Shown: positions 41,595 through 55,884 of the stretch, in pieces
How positions within the stretch are numbered: position 1 is the first letter of the stretch
Layout of the letters: each line of letters starts with the position of its first letter
Origin: Eledone cirrhosa
Taxonomy: Eukaryota
Direction: 5' to 3'
Length of the DNA stretch: 64,000 bases
NCBI GenBank assembly: GCA_964016885.1
Contig: OZ024740.1
Location: forward strand, 299,274,001 to 299,338,000
Translations under genes and position numbers: made by a program
The notes under the pieces: generated by a model
The model's input: the letters and a program-made list of their open reading frames with translations, nothing else
The model's database searches: none
What the model was told of the DNA's origin: nothing

Positions 41595-42033
41595 TTAGAA
41601 GGGGTATTTAGTTTGTTGGAAGTCCGACAAATATAAATGTTTATAACTGATTTAGAGCACTCAACAGTTTACTGGAGTAAATATTCAATGATATTAAATA
41701 AATGGAAACTATATTTATAAAACCATATTTATTTTATTATATATATTTCAAGGGTACCAAGACACCATTGGTACGCTTTCATCAGATAAAATACAAAATT
41801 TGTTTTATAAATAGAGACATACCCATGAAAATCATACCTTATCGGTTGGAAATTCACTGGATAGTGAATTTCCAACCGATAAGGTATGATTTTCATGGGT
41901 ATGTCTCTATTTATAAAACAAATTTTGTATTTTATCTGATGAAAGCGTACCAATGGTGTCTTGGTACCCTTGAAATATATATAATAAAATAAATATGGTT
42001 TTATAAATATAGTTTCCATTTATTTAATATCAT

Positions 42034-42035
<2 letters not shown>
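41595..42035. mobile_element. PLE family C-like fold-back with two opposed canonical HHRs
   Basis: Near-perfect arms 41686-41858 and 41863-42035; HHRs at 41730-41793 (-) and 41928-41991 (+). Confidence 0.9.
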
Positions 42036-42072
<37 letters not shown>

Positions 42073-42266
42073 CAGGTGTTAATGTATATATATATTACAG
42101 GTGTATATTATATATATATATATATAAGGATTAAACCATTATTGAACTAGTTAGACCATTATTCAACAGAGTACTCGATACTTTGGTCTAATAGTGTGTG
42201 ATTCTATTAGAAAGAGTCGGAGCCTGATGGCTGTTTCGTCAGCTAATTTCAAATTCCCCTCTCTCC

Positions 42267-42299
<33 letters not shown>

Positions 42300-42516
42300 A
42301 GAGAGAGAGGGGGAGAGAGAATGTGTGCGTGTGTGCGCATGTGAGTATATGTGCATGAGTGTATGCAGTTATTCATGTAATTGTGTGCATTTTCTGCCAA
42401 TACTTTATTCACACACACACATACACACACAGCCCCGCATATCCATATATTTGGACCAACATACACACAGAAATGCACATGTTTGTGTGTGTGTTTGTCT
42501 GAGTATGTGTGTGTGT

Positions 42517-42561
<45 letters not shown>

Positions 42562-42780
42562 TACATATATAATTCCGAATCAACTCTGCCTTTAATCCAT
42601 TTCTGGTCGACAAAAAAGAACCAGTCAATTCTTTCGCTGTCGAAAGAAATCAACTGATTTCAGACTTGGATTTCAAATCCCCTAGAAATACTGTATTTCA
42701 ATACGGTGCCCTTAATAATCTCGCAGGAATTATTTGACCATGCATATATATCTATATCTATATGTATCTATCTATTTATA

Positions 42781-42855
<75 letters not shown>

Positions 42856-42896
42856 ATATTTATATATATATTTATACTTATATATATATATATATA

Positions 42897-43187
42897 TTTT
42901 GAGTATATGTTGGTTGTATACCAACACCTCAGTATGCAGGCTGGAGCACTCGACGAAGTGGAATCATACGATATGATTCCAGTTCCTCAGTGAAATAACA
43001 ACCCAACCAGGAACTGGGCATATCAGAGTATTGACAGAATGATACACCTAAACAACATATGTACTTGTCTATACCATACTAATTCAAACTGCCCGAAGAG
43101 GTCACAGCCAAAGATGGCTGTCACTGAAATATATATAGCAGTAATAAACGAAGCTAAATTTTAAACATTTGACTTTTTATTTAACAT

Positions 43188-43195
<8 letters not shown>
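42897..43195 (+). mobile_element. PLE family D fragment with HHR 43088-43142
   Basis: ACTGC-CCGAAGA-GGTCACAGCCA(AAGA)TGGCTGTCACT-GAAA-TATATA-TA-GCAGT then AATAAA. Confidence 0.85.
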
Positions 43196-43266
<71 letters not shown>

Positions 43267-43291
43267 CATACATATATATACATATATATAT

Positions 43292-43359
<68 letters not shown>

Positions 43360-43363
<4 letters not shown>

Positions 43364-43727
43364 ATAATGGTAGCTATGGTGCTTCCGTAGGCGGTATGCC
43401 AAAATTAGCACTCGATATTCATCAGAGTAGAGTTTAGATATTATCAAGAAAACGAAAAATCAGTGATGCATCTGGACTTAGTTTATTTCGTGTTAAAAAT
43501 GTTTCGCCGGCATGTAGCTCGAGTCATGGTCCTTGTATGGATCTGGCTGATTCTACTTCTGCGCGTTCTTTCAGACACGGCTGTTATGTCCGGAACAAAT
43601 TTTATCACTGCGGTGTTATCACTGGGCTGTTATCTCGGGTGTTATCTCGAGCTACATGACGGCGAAACATTTGTAACACGAAATAAACTAAGTCCAGATG
43701 AATCACTGATTTTTCGTTTTCTTGATA

Positions 43728-43730
<3 letters not shown>
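43360..43730. mobile_element. Fold-back PLE fragment with extended-stem-II HHR 43489-43579 (-)
   Basis: Arms 43440-43523 and 43646-43729; CGTGT-CTGAAAGA...GGC-GAAA-CATTT(T/G)-TA-ACACG; tail hairpin at 43409-43429. Confidence 0.75.
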
Positions 43731-43758
<28 letters not shown>

Positions 43759-44694
43759 TATATACATATATATATATGTGTGTATATACATATATATGTG
43801 TGTATATATAGGTCGATGTGAGGTGCATGGCGAGACACGAACTCATTTAAAAGCAACGATCTAAAGTATCCATATTTTCTAGTGTAGATGCATACATAGG
43901 GAAACCTAAATTAAGTCTGTAGGCATACACGTAATATATAAAGCTGTTCATACAGCCACATATAGCGACATGCTTGCACATTTATATCTGCAATGAGGTT
44001 TACAACTCCAACGGACACATACTATATTGATACAGCTACAGCGTTTCACAACAAATACACCCATGTAAATGCCCACACAAATACAGTGAAACATCAGATG
44101 TACATTTACTAACAAATATATACAGAAAAATGAATAACAAAAAAGCCACAACAGAGCAACAAGACTCACGTAGACAGAGATAGTAAACATGCCAACCACA
44201 CAATTTGTACTAAAACGTATGCATATAGACATAGGCATACACATTGAACTACACTCATACACAGTCATGGAAACACGGGGATGTAAATAAAACCCAAAAC
44301 AAACAAGCATTAATCATGTACAAGGAAAACAATAACAACGGCAACATTTACAAACACCAAATAGAAACAATATAATTAATAGGAATAAATACAACTATAA
44401 TAATAATAATAATAATAATGAACATAAAGCAAGATAAATGCAACTATAATAATAATAATACTATTAAATAAAATGATAATAATGCTAACAATAAAAGTAA
44501 TTTTGATATTGAAAACAACAATAATTACAAGGAAAGCAAATAAAAAAAAATATGAAACAGTGCTGATAAACAGCAGCGACAAATATGAGCAACAACAGCA
44601 ATGACAGCAATAATAACAGCAAGAAAAGCAACGTTAACAATAACAACAGCGACAGCAACAGCACCAGCAGTAACACCAATAATAATAATAATAA

Positions 44695-45066
44695 TAATTG
44701 TTTCTACTTTTGGCACAAGGCCAGCAATTACCCAATGCATTACTGGTACTTTGTTTTATCGACCCCGGAAGGATGAAAGGCAAAGTTAACCTCGGCAGGA
44801 TTTGAAGTTAGTCCGTAAAGGAACGTAACTGGACTGAGTTCAAATCCCGCCGAGGGTTTCTTATATAGTCACAAGGCCAGTAATTTATTTTTAGCGGGGC
44901 GGGGAATGTCGATTAAATCGAACCAGTGCATGACTGGTACATTATTTTATCGATCCCGTAAGGGTCAAAGGCAAAGTTAACTGCGGCGGGATTTGAACTG
45001 AGAACGTAAAGGGGCGTAACTCTATGCCGCAAATCATGGCCTCTGACCTTCTATCGATATTGCCAA
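44695..45066 (-). mobile_element. Two tandem SINE copies (44695-44830, 44870-45066) with a short inverted fragment
   Basis: SINE core and box B on the reverse strand. Confidence 0.85.
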
Positions 45067-45632
45067 TGATGATGATGATGATGATGATAATATTAATAAT
45101 AATAACAATAATAATAATAATCTTGAAGATATAACAATTTTGATTACAAATGAAATAAAAATATACCGAAACATTGGAATGTTTAACAAAGGCAAGAATA
45201 ATTGAATAATAAATAACAAACAAATATAAAACAATAGGATTACTAGTCGCAGCACCACGTGAAGAAATAATTCATGAGATGTGTGCTATAGAAATCGCGG
45301 AGAGTAAAGACAAGATGGCTGTATAACAAAGTAAGTTGTAGTATATATTGACTATATATTTCACTATTGATTAATATAAACATGCTGAGAGTAAGAAATA
45401 CAACATGAAGAAGTGGCCACACACATAATCACACGCACAAGCACACACCACACATACAACTACACACATATATATTCATGTGGCCATAGACCTTCCCCCC
45501 CTCACATATATATATATATGTAAAAAAAAAATATATATATAAATAAATGAATGTATATATATATATATAAATAAATAAATAAATATATAAATATATATAA
45601 TATATATATATTATATATATATATGTAAAAAT

Positions 45633-45759
45633 ATAGGAAAAAGTATGACCCCGACGGCAGAGCTCAAGCCGTTTCCTATTACCCACTCTACTACCCTAAG
45701 TATTGAGTACTTTGGTGCGTTATGGTCCATCTGGTTCCCTACCACATTTCCTTCGTTAT
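45633..45759 (+). mobile_element. Family E element, internally deleted
   Basis: Left arm plus tail homologous to 46199-46393. Confidence 0.75.
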
Positions 45760-45929
45760 GTAAAAATATATATATATAAATATATATAAATGAAAAAATA
45801 TATATATAAATGAAAAAATATATATATAAATGAAATATATATATAAATGAAAAAAATATATATATAAATGAAAAAATATATATATAAATGTTAATATATA
45901 TATATATATAAATATATAAATATATATAT

Positions 45930-46140
45930 ATTATAAAATAATATAAACAACTCACTATCCGGATGGCTTCCAAAAATAATGGTTGCATTTTAATAGGGTA
46001 CGTCAAAGCTTATTTGTAAAACTGTTATATATTGTATTTTGTCTGATGAAGGCATACCATAATTTAATTTGGTATCCCTGAAATATGTATAATGAAATAA
46101 ATATGGTTTTATAATTATACTTTTCATTTATTAATATCGT
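45930..46140 (+). mobile_element. PLE family C fragment, HHR 46035-46099, tail-less end
   Basis: Close match to 11875-12073. Confidence 0.85.
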
Positions 46141-46166
46141 ATAATATATATATATATATATATATA

Positions 46167-46198
<32 letters not shown>

Positions 46199-46202
<4 letters not shown>

Positions 46203-46393
46203 AACGAGTAGGACCCCGACGGCTGAGCTCAAGCCGTTTCGACGGCTAATTCAGTCCAGAATTAGCCGTCGAAACGGCTTGAACTCAGCCGTCGGGGTCC
46301 TACTCGTTCCTATTACCCACTCTACTACCCTAAGTATTGAGTACTTTGGTGCGTTATGGGTCCACCTGGTTCCTCACCACATTTCCTTCGTTA
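46199..46393 (+). mobile_element. Family E short fold-back element (3' half of an HHR duplicated + tail)
   Basis: About 55-bp inverted arms containing GAAA-CGGCT(TGAGCTC)AGCCG-TC-GGGGT, then an ~80-nt tail with an ACTC..TT-GAGT hairpin. Confidence 0.85.
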
Positions 46394-46479
46394 TATATAT
46401 TTTTTATATATATATATATTTTATACACATATATATTTCATACACATATATTTTTTACACACATACACACACACGCACA

Positions 46480-46529
<50 letters not shown>

Positions 46530-47459
46530 GTATGTGTATAAAAAAGACAAAGAGACACAGAAAAACAGGGAACACAGAAGAAAAATAGGAAAAGAGGAAG
46601 AAGTATAGGAAAATAGGAAAAAGAAGAAAGAGAATGAAAGGGAGAGCTAAGGTTATAACGAAAAAAGTAGGAATACGTATGGAACAACAATTTAGGAAAC
46701 AAAATGCTGGAGATGTATATATATATATGTGTGTGTGTATCGATTGTTACACAACCAAATTAAAGTACTCAATAGATATACAGTAGAGTAAAATATATAT
46801 GAAATCACACTCATTTATTGACAATTATATTGTATACAAAGTAAAAAATTTAGAGTCTGCCAAATAATTATTAGATGAAAACTCGCTGTTCTAAAATCAC
46901 CCGAGGCACGTATGTTTCTCAGTACTGCATTATAGGGTAAAAACGGTGTGAGCTGCGTATCATTTTACATATAAAGAATAATGGGTTTATTATCTCACGT
47001 AGTTGCAAATATTGATGGTGAAGAATTTGAAAACATAATATGAAAACGACTATGGACAGTATTGAATATTGAAAAAGTTATAATGTAACAAGAGATATAC
47101 TGTTGTAAAATAGCGATGTTAGACGTGTCTTTTATACCTGAGTGGGGAAATAGGGAGCGTGTTAATCTTCCCATTAAGAATGATATGTTGCATTCACAAT
47201 CGTGGGTGGTAAACACCTCCAGTTTTTCTAAAAGGACTTGACGATGTGTTGACATTTGTTGGAGAAATCTAATCTGATATTTAGATCTGTAGGTTTAAGC
47301 TTCTATAACATTTTCTTATGTTTTGTCTCTTTTGAAAATATTCTGCATGATGTCGGAGGCAGTAACAAGTTCTTTTAAATTCCACGGATAAGTATACAGT
47401 TTTGTTACACTGTTTTCTAATATGCCTTTCAAAAAAGAAAAAAAAATGTTTGTAATATA

Positions 47460-48767
47460 TGTTTCTTTTATTTGCCACCAGGGCATCAAAAGTGGGACAA
47501 GTACAATGGGGGGAGTTTACACAAAAAAGGCGTCCTTAATAAGGAGGAGGCAATAACAAAATATAAAAATAAAATAAAATATAACAAAAAATAAAATTTA
47601 TAACAAAATCCTCAGTAGAGAGGAGGCGCCTTGGGGGGTCGCACACACCCCCGAAAAAAGTGTGCAACCCTTTTCCTCAGGAGCACAGAGAGGGGGTGCT
47701 CCCTCGTTCCTTCCTCCGTTCCACCTACAGGCTTATGTAAAGAGAAGGCCCATTCACACGGGCCATTCTCGCCACTTTCACCCACCTTTCATAAAAACGA
47801 CTTGGGTGGAGCACCTCTCTCTCCATCCTGATCCTTCTTCCGAAATGATATCGGAAGAAACGGACCAGTTGTTGGCCAGAGAGAAAGGTGCCTGACCTCA
47901 GTCCTTTCAGACGCGTCCACCATACAACTTCTTTCACCATGGCTATTACGCACAGAAACACCGCCTCTCCTTCATCTTTGAAGGGGGGAGGCGGCTTGAT
48001 CATTACAATAGACTCGGTGGTCAACCGGATCGGTCCCACCCTTGACAGCAGTTGTTCGACATAGCCCCACAGATCGGCTACGCCCGAGCAGTGTACCAAT
48101 GCGTGTGCAACGGTTTCCTCGTCGCACACGCATCTGGGACAGATTTTTTTGGCCGGGTCCATAACCGGGCGCCCGTGTCTGTAGAGCTTTTCTCGAACAA
48201 GTAGAGCCCCTCGGTAGCACTGCCAGGCTAGGGACCTCTGGAAGTTGTCCATAGGTCCCGGGCTGAATGTCCTACCGAACAGGCTGGCCAGTTCGTCCTC
48301 CTCCATGTCTAGGGCTTCTCCGAGGGCGTCGTCGCACCTGCTGCGTACCAGCCTTCTATAGAATGTTGCGGTGGAGTCTCCACTGACAACCGGATCCGCC
48401 TGCCAGAGGGCGGTGAGCGCCTGGGCACACCCAGTGTGCCAGGCGCCCAGTTTTCTCGGTCTTTGCTTGACCCAGGATTGCAGCTCGGTGAGTGAGACGA
48501 GTCTGGGAAAGGTTCGTCTCACAAACGAGGCCCACACCGGTTGACCGGTGAGGAATATGTAGAGGTGCCGTAGCCTTAATGCGTGTTTACGCATCATTAG
48601 CCACGGCATCCCCAGCCCTCCTTTCGAAGGGTGTTGACAGCAGATGGATCTCCTCACCATAGGGGCCCGCCTCTTCCAAAGGAATTGGAAGAGCGCGCGC
48701 TCCATCTTGGCGAGGGTTTCCCTTGGGCAGGGCACTACGGTCAGGCGGTAGTAGATGACGGACGCTA
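47460..48767 (-). mobile_element. 5'-truncated Tx1/L1-clade LINE (ORF2 C-terminus with zf-RVT) with 11-bp TSD
   Basis: Stop-free frame 48767-47725 with FLW..., GGLGMP and CPRC...ETVAHALVHC motifs; 3' UTR with AATAAA; TTTGTAATATA at 47449 and 48768. Confidence 0.9.
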
Positions 48768-50681
48768 TTTGTAATATAGCTGTTTAAATCTTCCTCACGT
48801 TATATTGAACAGATATTCATACTTCTATCTCGCTTTAGCGTTGAACGACGGTGTAAAGCGCATGAGTGTGTATACTTGCATAAAAAAGAAAGCTTATCTT
48901 AATTTAGTTGGGTTTCATATTATTATGGTTTCCGTACAAGTAGTAACTAACCTTAAGGTTATTTCTGTTGAATATTATTTGTATCCGTTGAATACATTTT
49001 TAACGGTTAATTTTTAAATAATTATTTATTAAGGCTATGGAGTTTGGAGGTATATTATCCATTGAAGATTATCTGTCCATACTTACACATTCACTTTCCC
49101 ACACTAAAAATTAACTTTAACTTTAACTTTCCATTACTCATTTCCACATAATTATTTAATTTCCTCCCTTATTTAACATACGTAGCTAAGTCCTTCATAT
49201 TTTCCATTTATAACTACCCAAGTATGATACCTAACAACTAGCAATATTTATATGTAAAGAATTATGTCCCATATAAAACATACAATGCAATGTTAGGAAC
49301 AAGCGGTTCTTAATGAAAAGTGACTCTAATTTAGAGGATGAACGTAGAAATCTCTCAAATGTAGTTTACATGTTTTAGGAGAAAATACTGATCTTTGTTT
49401 ACAGAACACATCAACAACGCATAAACTAAACAAAGGATGTCTAAAGGATTCTCCATTCCATACACGCAACAGAAACACACATACACATGCGCGCGCACAC
49501 ACATACCCGCTAACACACCCACACATACACATACATACACAAACAGACACTCACAACCCAAAACGATGCATATTACGTGGTTCAACCGACAAAAATCAAC
49601 ATAACTAGAATATTCCTGTCATTTTTAACAGCACATATAATTGCAAAATCCACAGACCTTTATTAAGTAATTTGTTATAAAAAAATTACGAATGTTCTCT
49701 TTCCCCCTATTCATTATACAGTGTATTGTTGCTTAATAATTCAGTCAAATTTGAACGTAATGACTAATGCAGAGACCCTCGAAAAATATATAATTTTCCG
49801 TATTGAGAATACACACTAATGAACAGCTTTTTTTTTCAAAGAGCAACACCGAACAAAATGGTGTACTACACACAATAGATATGTATACTGTTTACAATTA
49901 CCTACACCAGTTCTGACATATATACATACTGGCTTGTGTCTAACATTAAAATTAGATTTTGTCAACGAATTTGCACTAATTTGGAACATCCAGTAGCATA
50001 TATTTATAAATATTTTGCTTTCTTACCGTTTGAAATTACGAGTCAATTAGTTTGAATCTACAAAATCGAGACGTCGTATTCCCTAGCTGAGAATTTCTGT
50101 ACAATGAGAACAACATATGAGGAAATGCATAAGAAAAGTTAACTGAAGTACTATTTTTATTTGTTATAAAGGGTTAATATTGATAGGTACAACAATATGA
50201 TTCCAGACAAACATGATAACATATATAACAGGTTTACTAATGAATTTAACTCAGTTAAATATCAGAAAACCTTTCCATAATTTGCATATTTGAAAAATGA
50301 ATATATAATTTACTAATTTGTATATTTGATTAGAAATAGAACTCGTTATTCTAAATGATACATCTCGGCAGAAGTAATTAGCATAACAAATTTTATCACT
50401 GTGCTACTTGAGATGTTTCTTTTACACATATTAATTAACGTTTGAATGTTTTGCAGAAAATTACATTTTCAGGAGTCTGTTGTCCAAATATGAAATAAAT
50501 TAAAGAGTTTCTTTGTTCACGAACATAACAAAACTGAAGAAACATGTGATACTTGATTTGCTCCTTAGTCAATATATATAAGAAACTATGAAAATATTTT
50601 TTTCAACATAATTTTGGCTTCAGTTAATTTTGAAATAAACTTAAAATTTGTATTTCTTATATATATATATGTATATATATA

Positions 50682-50864
50682 TAACGAAGGAAATGTGGTA
50701 AGGAACCAGATGGACCATAACGCACCAAAGTACTCAATACTTAGGGTAGTAGAGTGGGTAATATGAACAAGTATAACCCCGACGGCAGAGTTCAAGCCGT
50801 TTCGAGTCCAGAATTAGCCGTCGAAACGGATTGAGCTCTGCCGTCGGGGTCATACTTGTTCCTA
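50682..50864 (-). mobile_element. Family E short fold-back element
   Basis: Homologous to 46199-46393. Confidence 0.85.
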
Positions 50865-50940
50865 TATATATATATATATATATATATATGTGCGTGCGTG
50901 TGTGTGTGTGTGTGTGTGCGTGTGTGTGTGAGTGTCTCTG

Positions 50941-50998
<58 letters not shown>

Positions 50999-51699
50999 TA
51001 CACCGAGCCCGAGTAAACCACCCCCTGCACAATCACCACCCCTATCCTTGCCTCGATCGACTCCTATCACTACACATACTTATGCATGTGTCCATACATA
51101 GATACTGTTATTTAAGATTGTACATACACAGATACTTGCATATGTGTGTGTGTGTGGGGGGGGGCACGTGGGTGTGTGTGTATCTATGTGTGTGTGTATG
51201 TGGGTGTGTGTGTGGATTTATAATATGTGTGTGTGTGTGTATGTGTGCATATGGGATGCACCTGAGCCTGTGCTTGTGCATGTGTGCTTGCAACGATGTG
51301 AGTTGACATAAGCGCATATGTACTCTATGCCGAAATAAGAAGTGTTGGCCTCTGCATTTCCGGATTTTGACACTCAGGTTCTGGTGTTTTACACTCCACT
51401 CTTGTCTCATTTGCTCTTCAAACGCACCACACCATGATCGTGTAAGGATTGTAATCCTTTGCACTTCTCGATTCTGACACACAGCCTTTCTACTTCAGTC
51501 AATATTTTCCAAATCTTTCAAACTTTGAGATTGGTTGTAGCACACACGCATATTATTTTATTTTTTTATTATTTTATTCTTTTTTATTATTTTATTACTT
51601 TTTTATTATTTTTTTTATTTCTTCATTTTATTGCCTCTTATTCTTTTATTTCTCCATTTTACTTTATCTTATTTCTTCATCTGTTTGGTACCCCCCACC

Positions 51700-52179
51700 A
51701 CGTGAAATGGTGACAGGATAGATGCCAACCCCCACACACAAATTCTTCTAAAAATAGCAGCAGCCGAACTAAAGCTGACCTGCCTGCTGATCCCCTAACA
51801 CCATCCCACTACCAACACAAGGGAGGAGGTCAGCTGTACTTAAGAAAAATAACCACAACCTATTCTCTTGCCTCAGAAAAATTTCTATAGACTTTTGACT
51901 GAGGAATGTTCTCACAACTGACCAATGGGAGGAGAGAGTGCCGAAAATCGTTTGTTCGAATTCATATGATTCCAGTTCCGCAGAGAAATAACAACCCAAC
52001 CAGGAGCTGGGCATATCGGAGTATTGGCGGAGTAGAACACTTCAACAACATGTGTACCCGTCTCTACCACACTAATTCAGACTGCCTGAAGAGGTCACAG
52101 CCAAGGATAGCTGTCACCGAAATATATATAGCAGTACATCTTTAATAAATGAAGCTAAATATTTAACTTAATTATTTTA

Positions 52180-52185
<6 letters not shown>
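51700..52185 (+). mobile_element. PLE family D 3' UTR with canonical HHR 52081-52135
   Basis: ACTGC-CTGAAGA-GGTCACAGCCA(AGGA)TAGCTGTCACC-GAAA-TATATA-TA-GCAGT; homologous to 42960-43190; 5' boundary uncertain. Confidence 0.85.
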
Positions 52186-52225
<40 letters not shown>

Positions 52226-52629
52226 GAAGGGAATCTCAAATACAGGGGAATACCTGTGAAATTAGGTTTAAGAAATCGGGTAATAATACCCCTATAGACG
52301 GACAAACTGACCAATAGCCAATCTGAGAATATTTATACATATTTCCCTTTTCACGATATCAATAACAATAATTTTAAAGGCTATCTGACACCAGTCTATA
52401 TATAGACTAGACACGTTGACCTTCAACAGGGTAAAACAAGTAGTATCAGTCACACAACAACAAAACGAAAGAAAAAAAACTGACTAACAGCCGTAATGGC
52501 ATCGAAACCACCACCACAGAAACATGAAACAATTGTTAATACTTTTAATAAACCCTATTGTACAGTCGGCCACGTTATTCTTCACTCATTTACTACATAT
52601 ATACAAGTATGAAAATACACTCTTGACAG

Positions 52630-53520
52630 GTGCAATGTGTCCGAACACGGAAGAGTCGAGCTCCCACCGTCATCGCCCCCATCTCTCTCGCCCTACCCAT
52701 CTCTCTGTATAGTGAGCAAATTGGGTCCCACGTGCTGGCCACTCCACAGCTCCGGCGGACAGAATGGAGAAGGCGTTTCCCCGGAGGATGGTAAGGGAGA
52801 TAAGAAAAGAGTAAAAAGTTCAAACAACACCGTTCACAACCCCACCGCCGCCAGCACTACTACCAACACTAACTCAGGTACTGCCTCAGTGATAGCTTGA
52901 ATAGGCAGCCACACCAGCGAAATCAAAAAGAGCCAAAAGGTCAAGAGGAGGTTTTTAGCTTTTGTGGGTGAAATTCTTAGAGGTGGTGTTCACAATAAAA
53001 ACACTGTAGTTGCGCTACCTCATAAATGCAAATCCTTTGAAAATGATGAAGAGAAGGAATATGAATTCAAATTGTCATGGGGGTGGGTCCCTGGATGGGT
53101 GTCACTTTTTAGGAAGAGGCATCGGAGGTGAAACCGCTGAGTAGAAGAAGTATGATGGGTGTGGAGTTGTTATCCGCTAACCTCAGAAAGTGTAGTCCAT
53201 AGCCCCTAACTCTGCAGCTGTACTACAACATAAACTACATGTTTATAACCACAGAAAAGTTAAACTATGCAATGAAACCGAAGGCAGAAGTAAATGGAGT
53301 AAATGGAAATAATAAAATCGCAATCAAGTCTTACATTCTTACAGAAGGAGAAGAACGTGGTGTGGGTTAACAGATGTTTCAGCATTGAAAAGGGTGTGGA
53401 ATAATTGAAATCAGTGTGAACAAATTGATAGAACAGATAAGGGAAATTAGACGGAATAATAGTCTCACCAAGGTTGAATTAAAGGCCCTGGAAGTTGAAA
53501 TTCAAACTATGAATGTTAAT
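52630..53520 (+). mobile_element. Possible decayed LINE ORF1-like coding relic
   Basis: Locally higher GC and long, stop-interrupted frames with a Pro/Ser/Thr-rich start; no diagnostic motif recognised. Confidence 0.25.
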
Positions 53521-53881
53521 TGTCCTCCAATAGACAATAAATGGTGATTTATAGATGGCAATAACCAATTTACACACACCTGTATGCAACCATTTGGAAC
53601 CACACACACACCACAAGATAAAGGTAAAACCATTACCGCAAGGAAACTTCTACTAAAATTCTTTATCCTTCCCTTTTTTCTCTTTCTTTCTTTCTTTCTT
53701 AAATTTTCTCTCTCTTCTACAAATCCTTCAGAAATCCATCCTTTGTAGCCTCCCAAAGACTCCTTCTTTCAACCATGTTTATACCTATATTTGTATTTAC
53801 ATTTTTATTTTTATTTCCCTTAATTTTGCTTTTATCTGTACCCTAAAAATAATCCGGATCTCTTGTAACAAGGGAGCACCA

Positions 53882-53963
<82 letters not shown>

Positions 53964-54098
53964 CGCACACACACACAAAACAAGACAAAATAAAAATTAG
54001 ATATCCACTCTTAGCTATGATCAGCTAATTTCACAAACCCTGAAAATAACTTGAACCCTTGACAAAAAGCTTTTGACACAATTGAACCCTACTTAAAT

Positions 54099-54153
<55 letters not shown>

Positions 54154-54457
54154 CTCTCCCTCTCTCTCTCTCTTTCACACACACACACACACGCATACAT
54201 ACACAGCTCACGCACATAGACATACACACACGCATACACACATATCCAAAATGCCATCTGGTTCATATTTTTTACGAAGAATTAAAGCACTTTCATTTTA
54301 CCTAAGTGAATTCAATTGGATCCTGATCTGCTCAACCCCACATCCACCTTCACCCCCACCCCCCACATCCATAAAGAACATGTATATACGAAAGAAAATT
54401 GACAGAAAATTCACATATGTTCTAACTGCCACAGAAAATAAGAACAACCTCTTTTTA

Positions 54458-54498
54458 ATATTTGATGAGCTTGATATACTAATCGAAACCGGTAATAA
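54458..54498 (+). ncRNA. Degenerate minimal hammerhead
   Basis: TAT-TTGATGA-GCTTGATATACTAATC-GAAA-CCGG-TA-ATA; C3>U substitution. Confidence 0.45.
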
Positions 54499-54792
54499 CT
54501 GACAAAATGTTAATCCAGCTAATGTAACAATTTTACAATTACTAGCAGAAAAACCACCCTTTGGTTGGTTTTCTGCTAGCATGTGTGGTGTGCATATTGA
54601 TATTACACGCAATGTAAACGTTATGATATAGCGATGCAAATATATGGACGTTTATATAAGCGTTATAATATAGCTTCCATTATATCATAACCGGAAGTAT
54701 TGGTATTTGAAAATTTTAAAAGAAGCGAATCTTAAAATAAGCAATCATTATATATAAAAATATTATATTATATCATTATACATAAGAATAAC

Positions 54793-54977
54793 GGCGGTGA
54801 ATTGGCAGTATCTGTAGAGGGTCGGACATGCTTACCAGCATAGTTACGCCCCATTACGTTCTGAGTTAAAATCCCGCCGAGGTTAACTTTGCCTTTCATT
54901 CTTACGGGGTCGATAAAATAAAGTACCAGTAATGTACTGGGTTATTGCTGGCCTTGTGCCAAAAGTAGAAACAATTA
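54793..54977 (+). mobile_element. tRNA-derived Meta-domain SINE
   Basis: Full head, core and tail. Confidence 0.9.
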
Positions 54978-55063
54978 TATATAAAAATATTTATGTTTAA
55001 TCAACAGCTACGAAATTCAGTACATAAATTTTGTAATATTCATTCATTATTTATTCAAAGTAT

Positions 55064-55320
55064 GGCGGTGGATTGGCAGTATCGGTAGAGAGTCGGACAC
55101 CATGCTTTGAAGCATAGAGTTACGTTCCTTTATGATCTGAGTTCAAATCCCGCCGAGGTTAACTTTGCCTTTCATCCTTACGGGGTCGATAAAATAAAGT
55201 ACCAGTAATGTACTGGGTAATTGCTGGCCTTGTGCCTAAAATAGAAACAATTATTTATTCAAAGTACCAGTAATGCACTAGGTAATTTGCTGGCCTTGTG
55301 CCTAAAGTAGAAACAATTAT
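55064..55320 (+). mobile_element. SINE with TSD and duplicated tail
   Basis: TSD ATTATTTATTCAAAGTA at 55046, 55250 and 55316. Confidence 0.9.
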
Positions 55321-55553
55321 TTATTCAAAGTAATCTGACTTATTTTACTAACGGGATAACAAAATTTATTCAGGACTCCTCCCTTTATTATATTATGATT
55401 CAATCAACCAGTTGAAAGAAAAATAATCCTTAAATTCTCTTCTGATCAACTCTTCCTTTTTATCTAAAACCTGTGATTTGAATGTAACTTTACTACCTTT
55501 TTCTACTATACACCCACCCCGCTTATATATATATATACAAACACACAGGCACG

Positions 55554-55608
<55 letters not shown>

Positions 55609-55834
55609 CGAGAGATAGACAGATAGATATAGATATAGATATAAAACATCGATTTCATTAAAGATAACTCAATCCTAATATATTGACTCACCTTTATAGC
55701 GGATACTGGCGTGAATCATGATATACATATACATATATTTAGACTGGCAAACATGCATGACTTCCTCTGATTCCTTCCCACATACTCACATAGACATTCA
55801 CACACATACACTCACAAACGTACTCACGCACACT

Positions 55835-55881
<47 letters not shown>

Positions 55882-55884
<3 letters not shown>

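Noticed and set aside
41702-42019. Two nearly identical 96-aa ORFs on opposite strands
   Set aside because: A consequence of the DNA palindrome; the region is an HHR-bearing UTR.
46995-47440. Possible GIY-YIG C-terminal relic upstream of the 46766 tail hairpin
   Set aside because: Too degenerate; only the tail hairpin is supportable.
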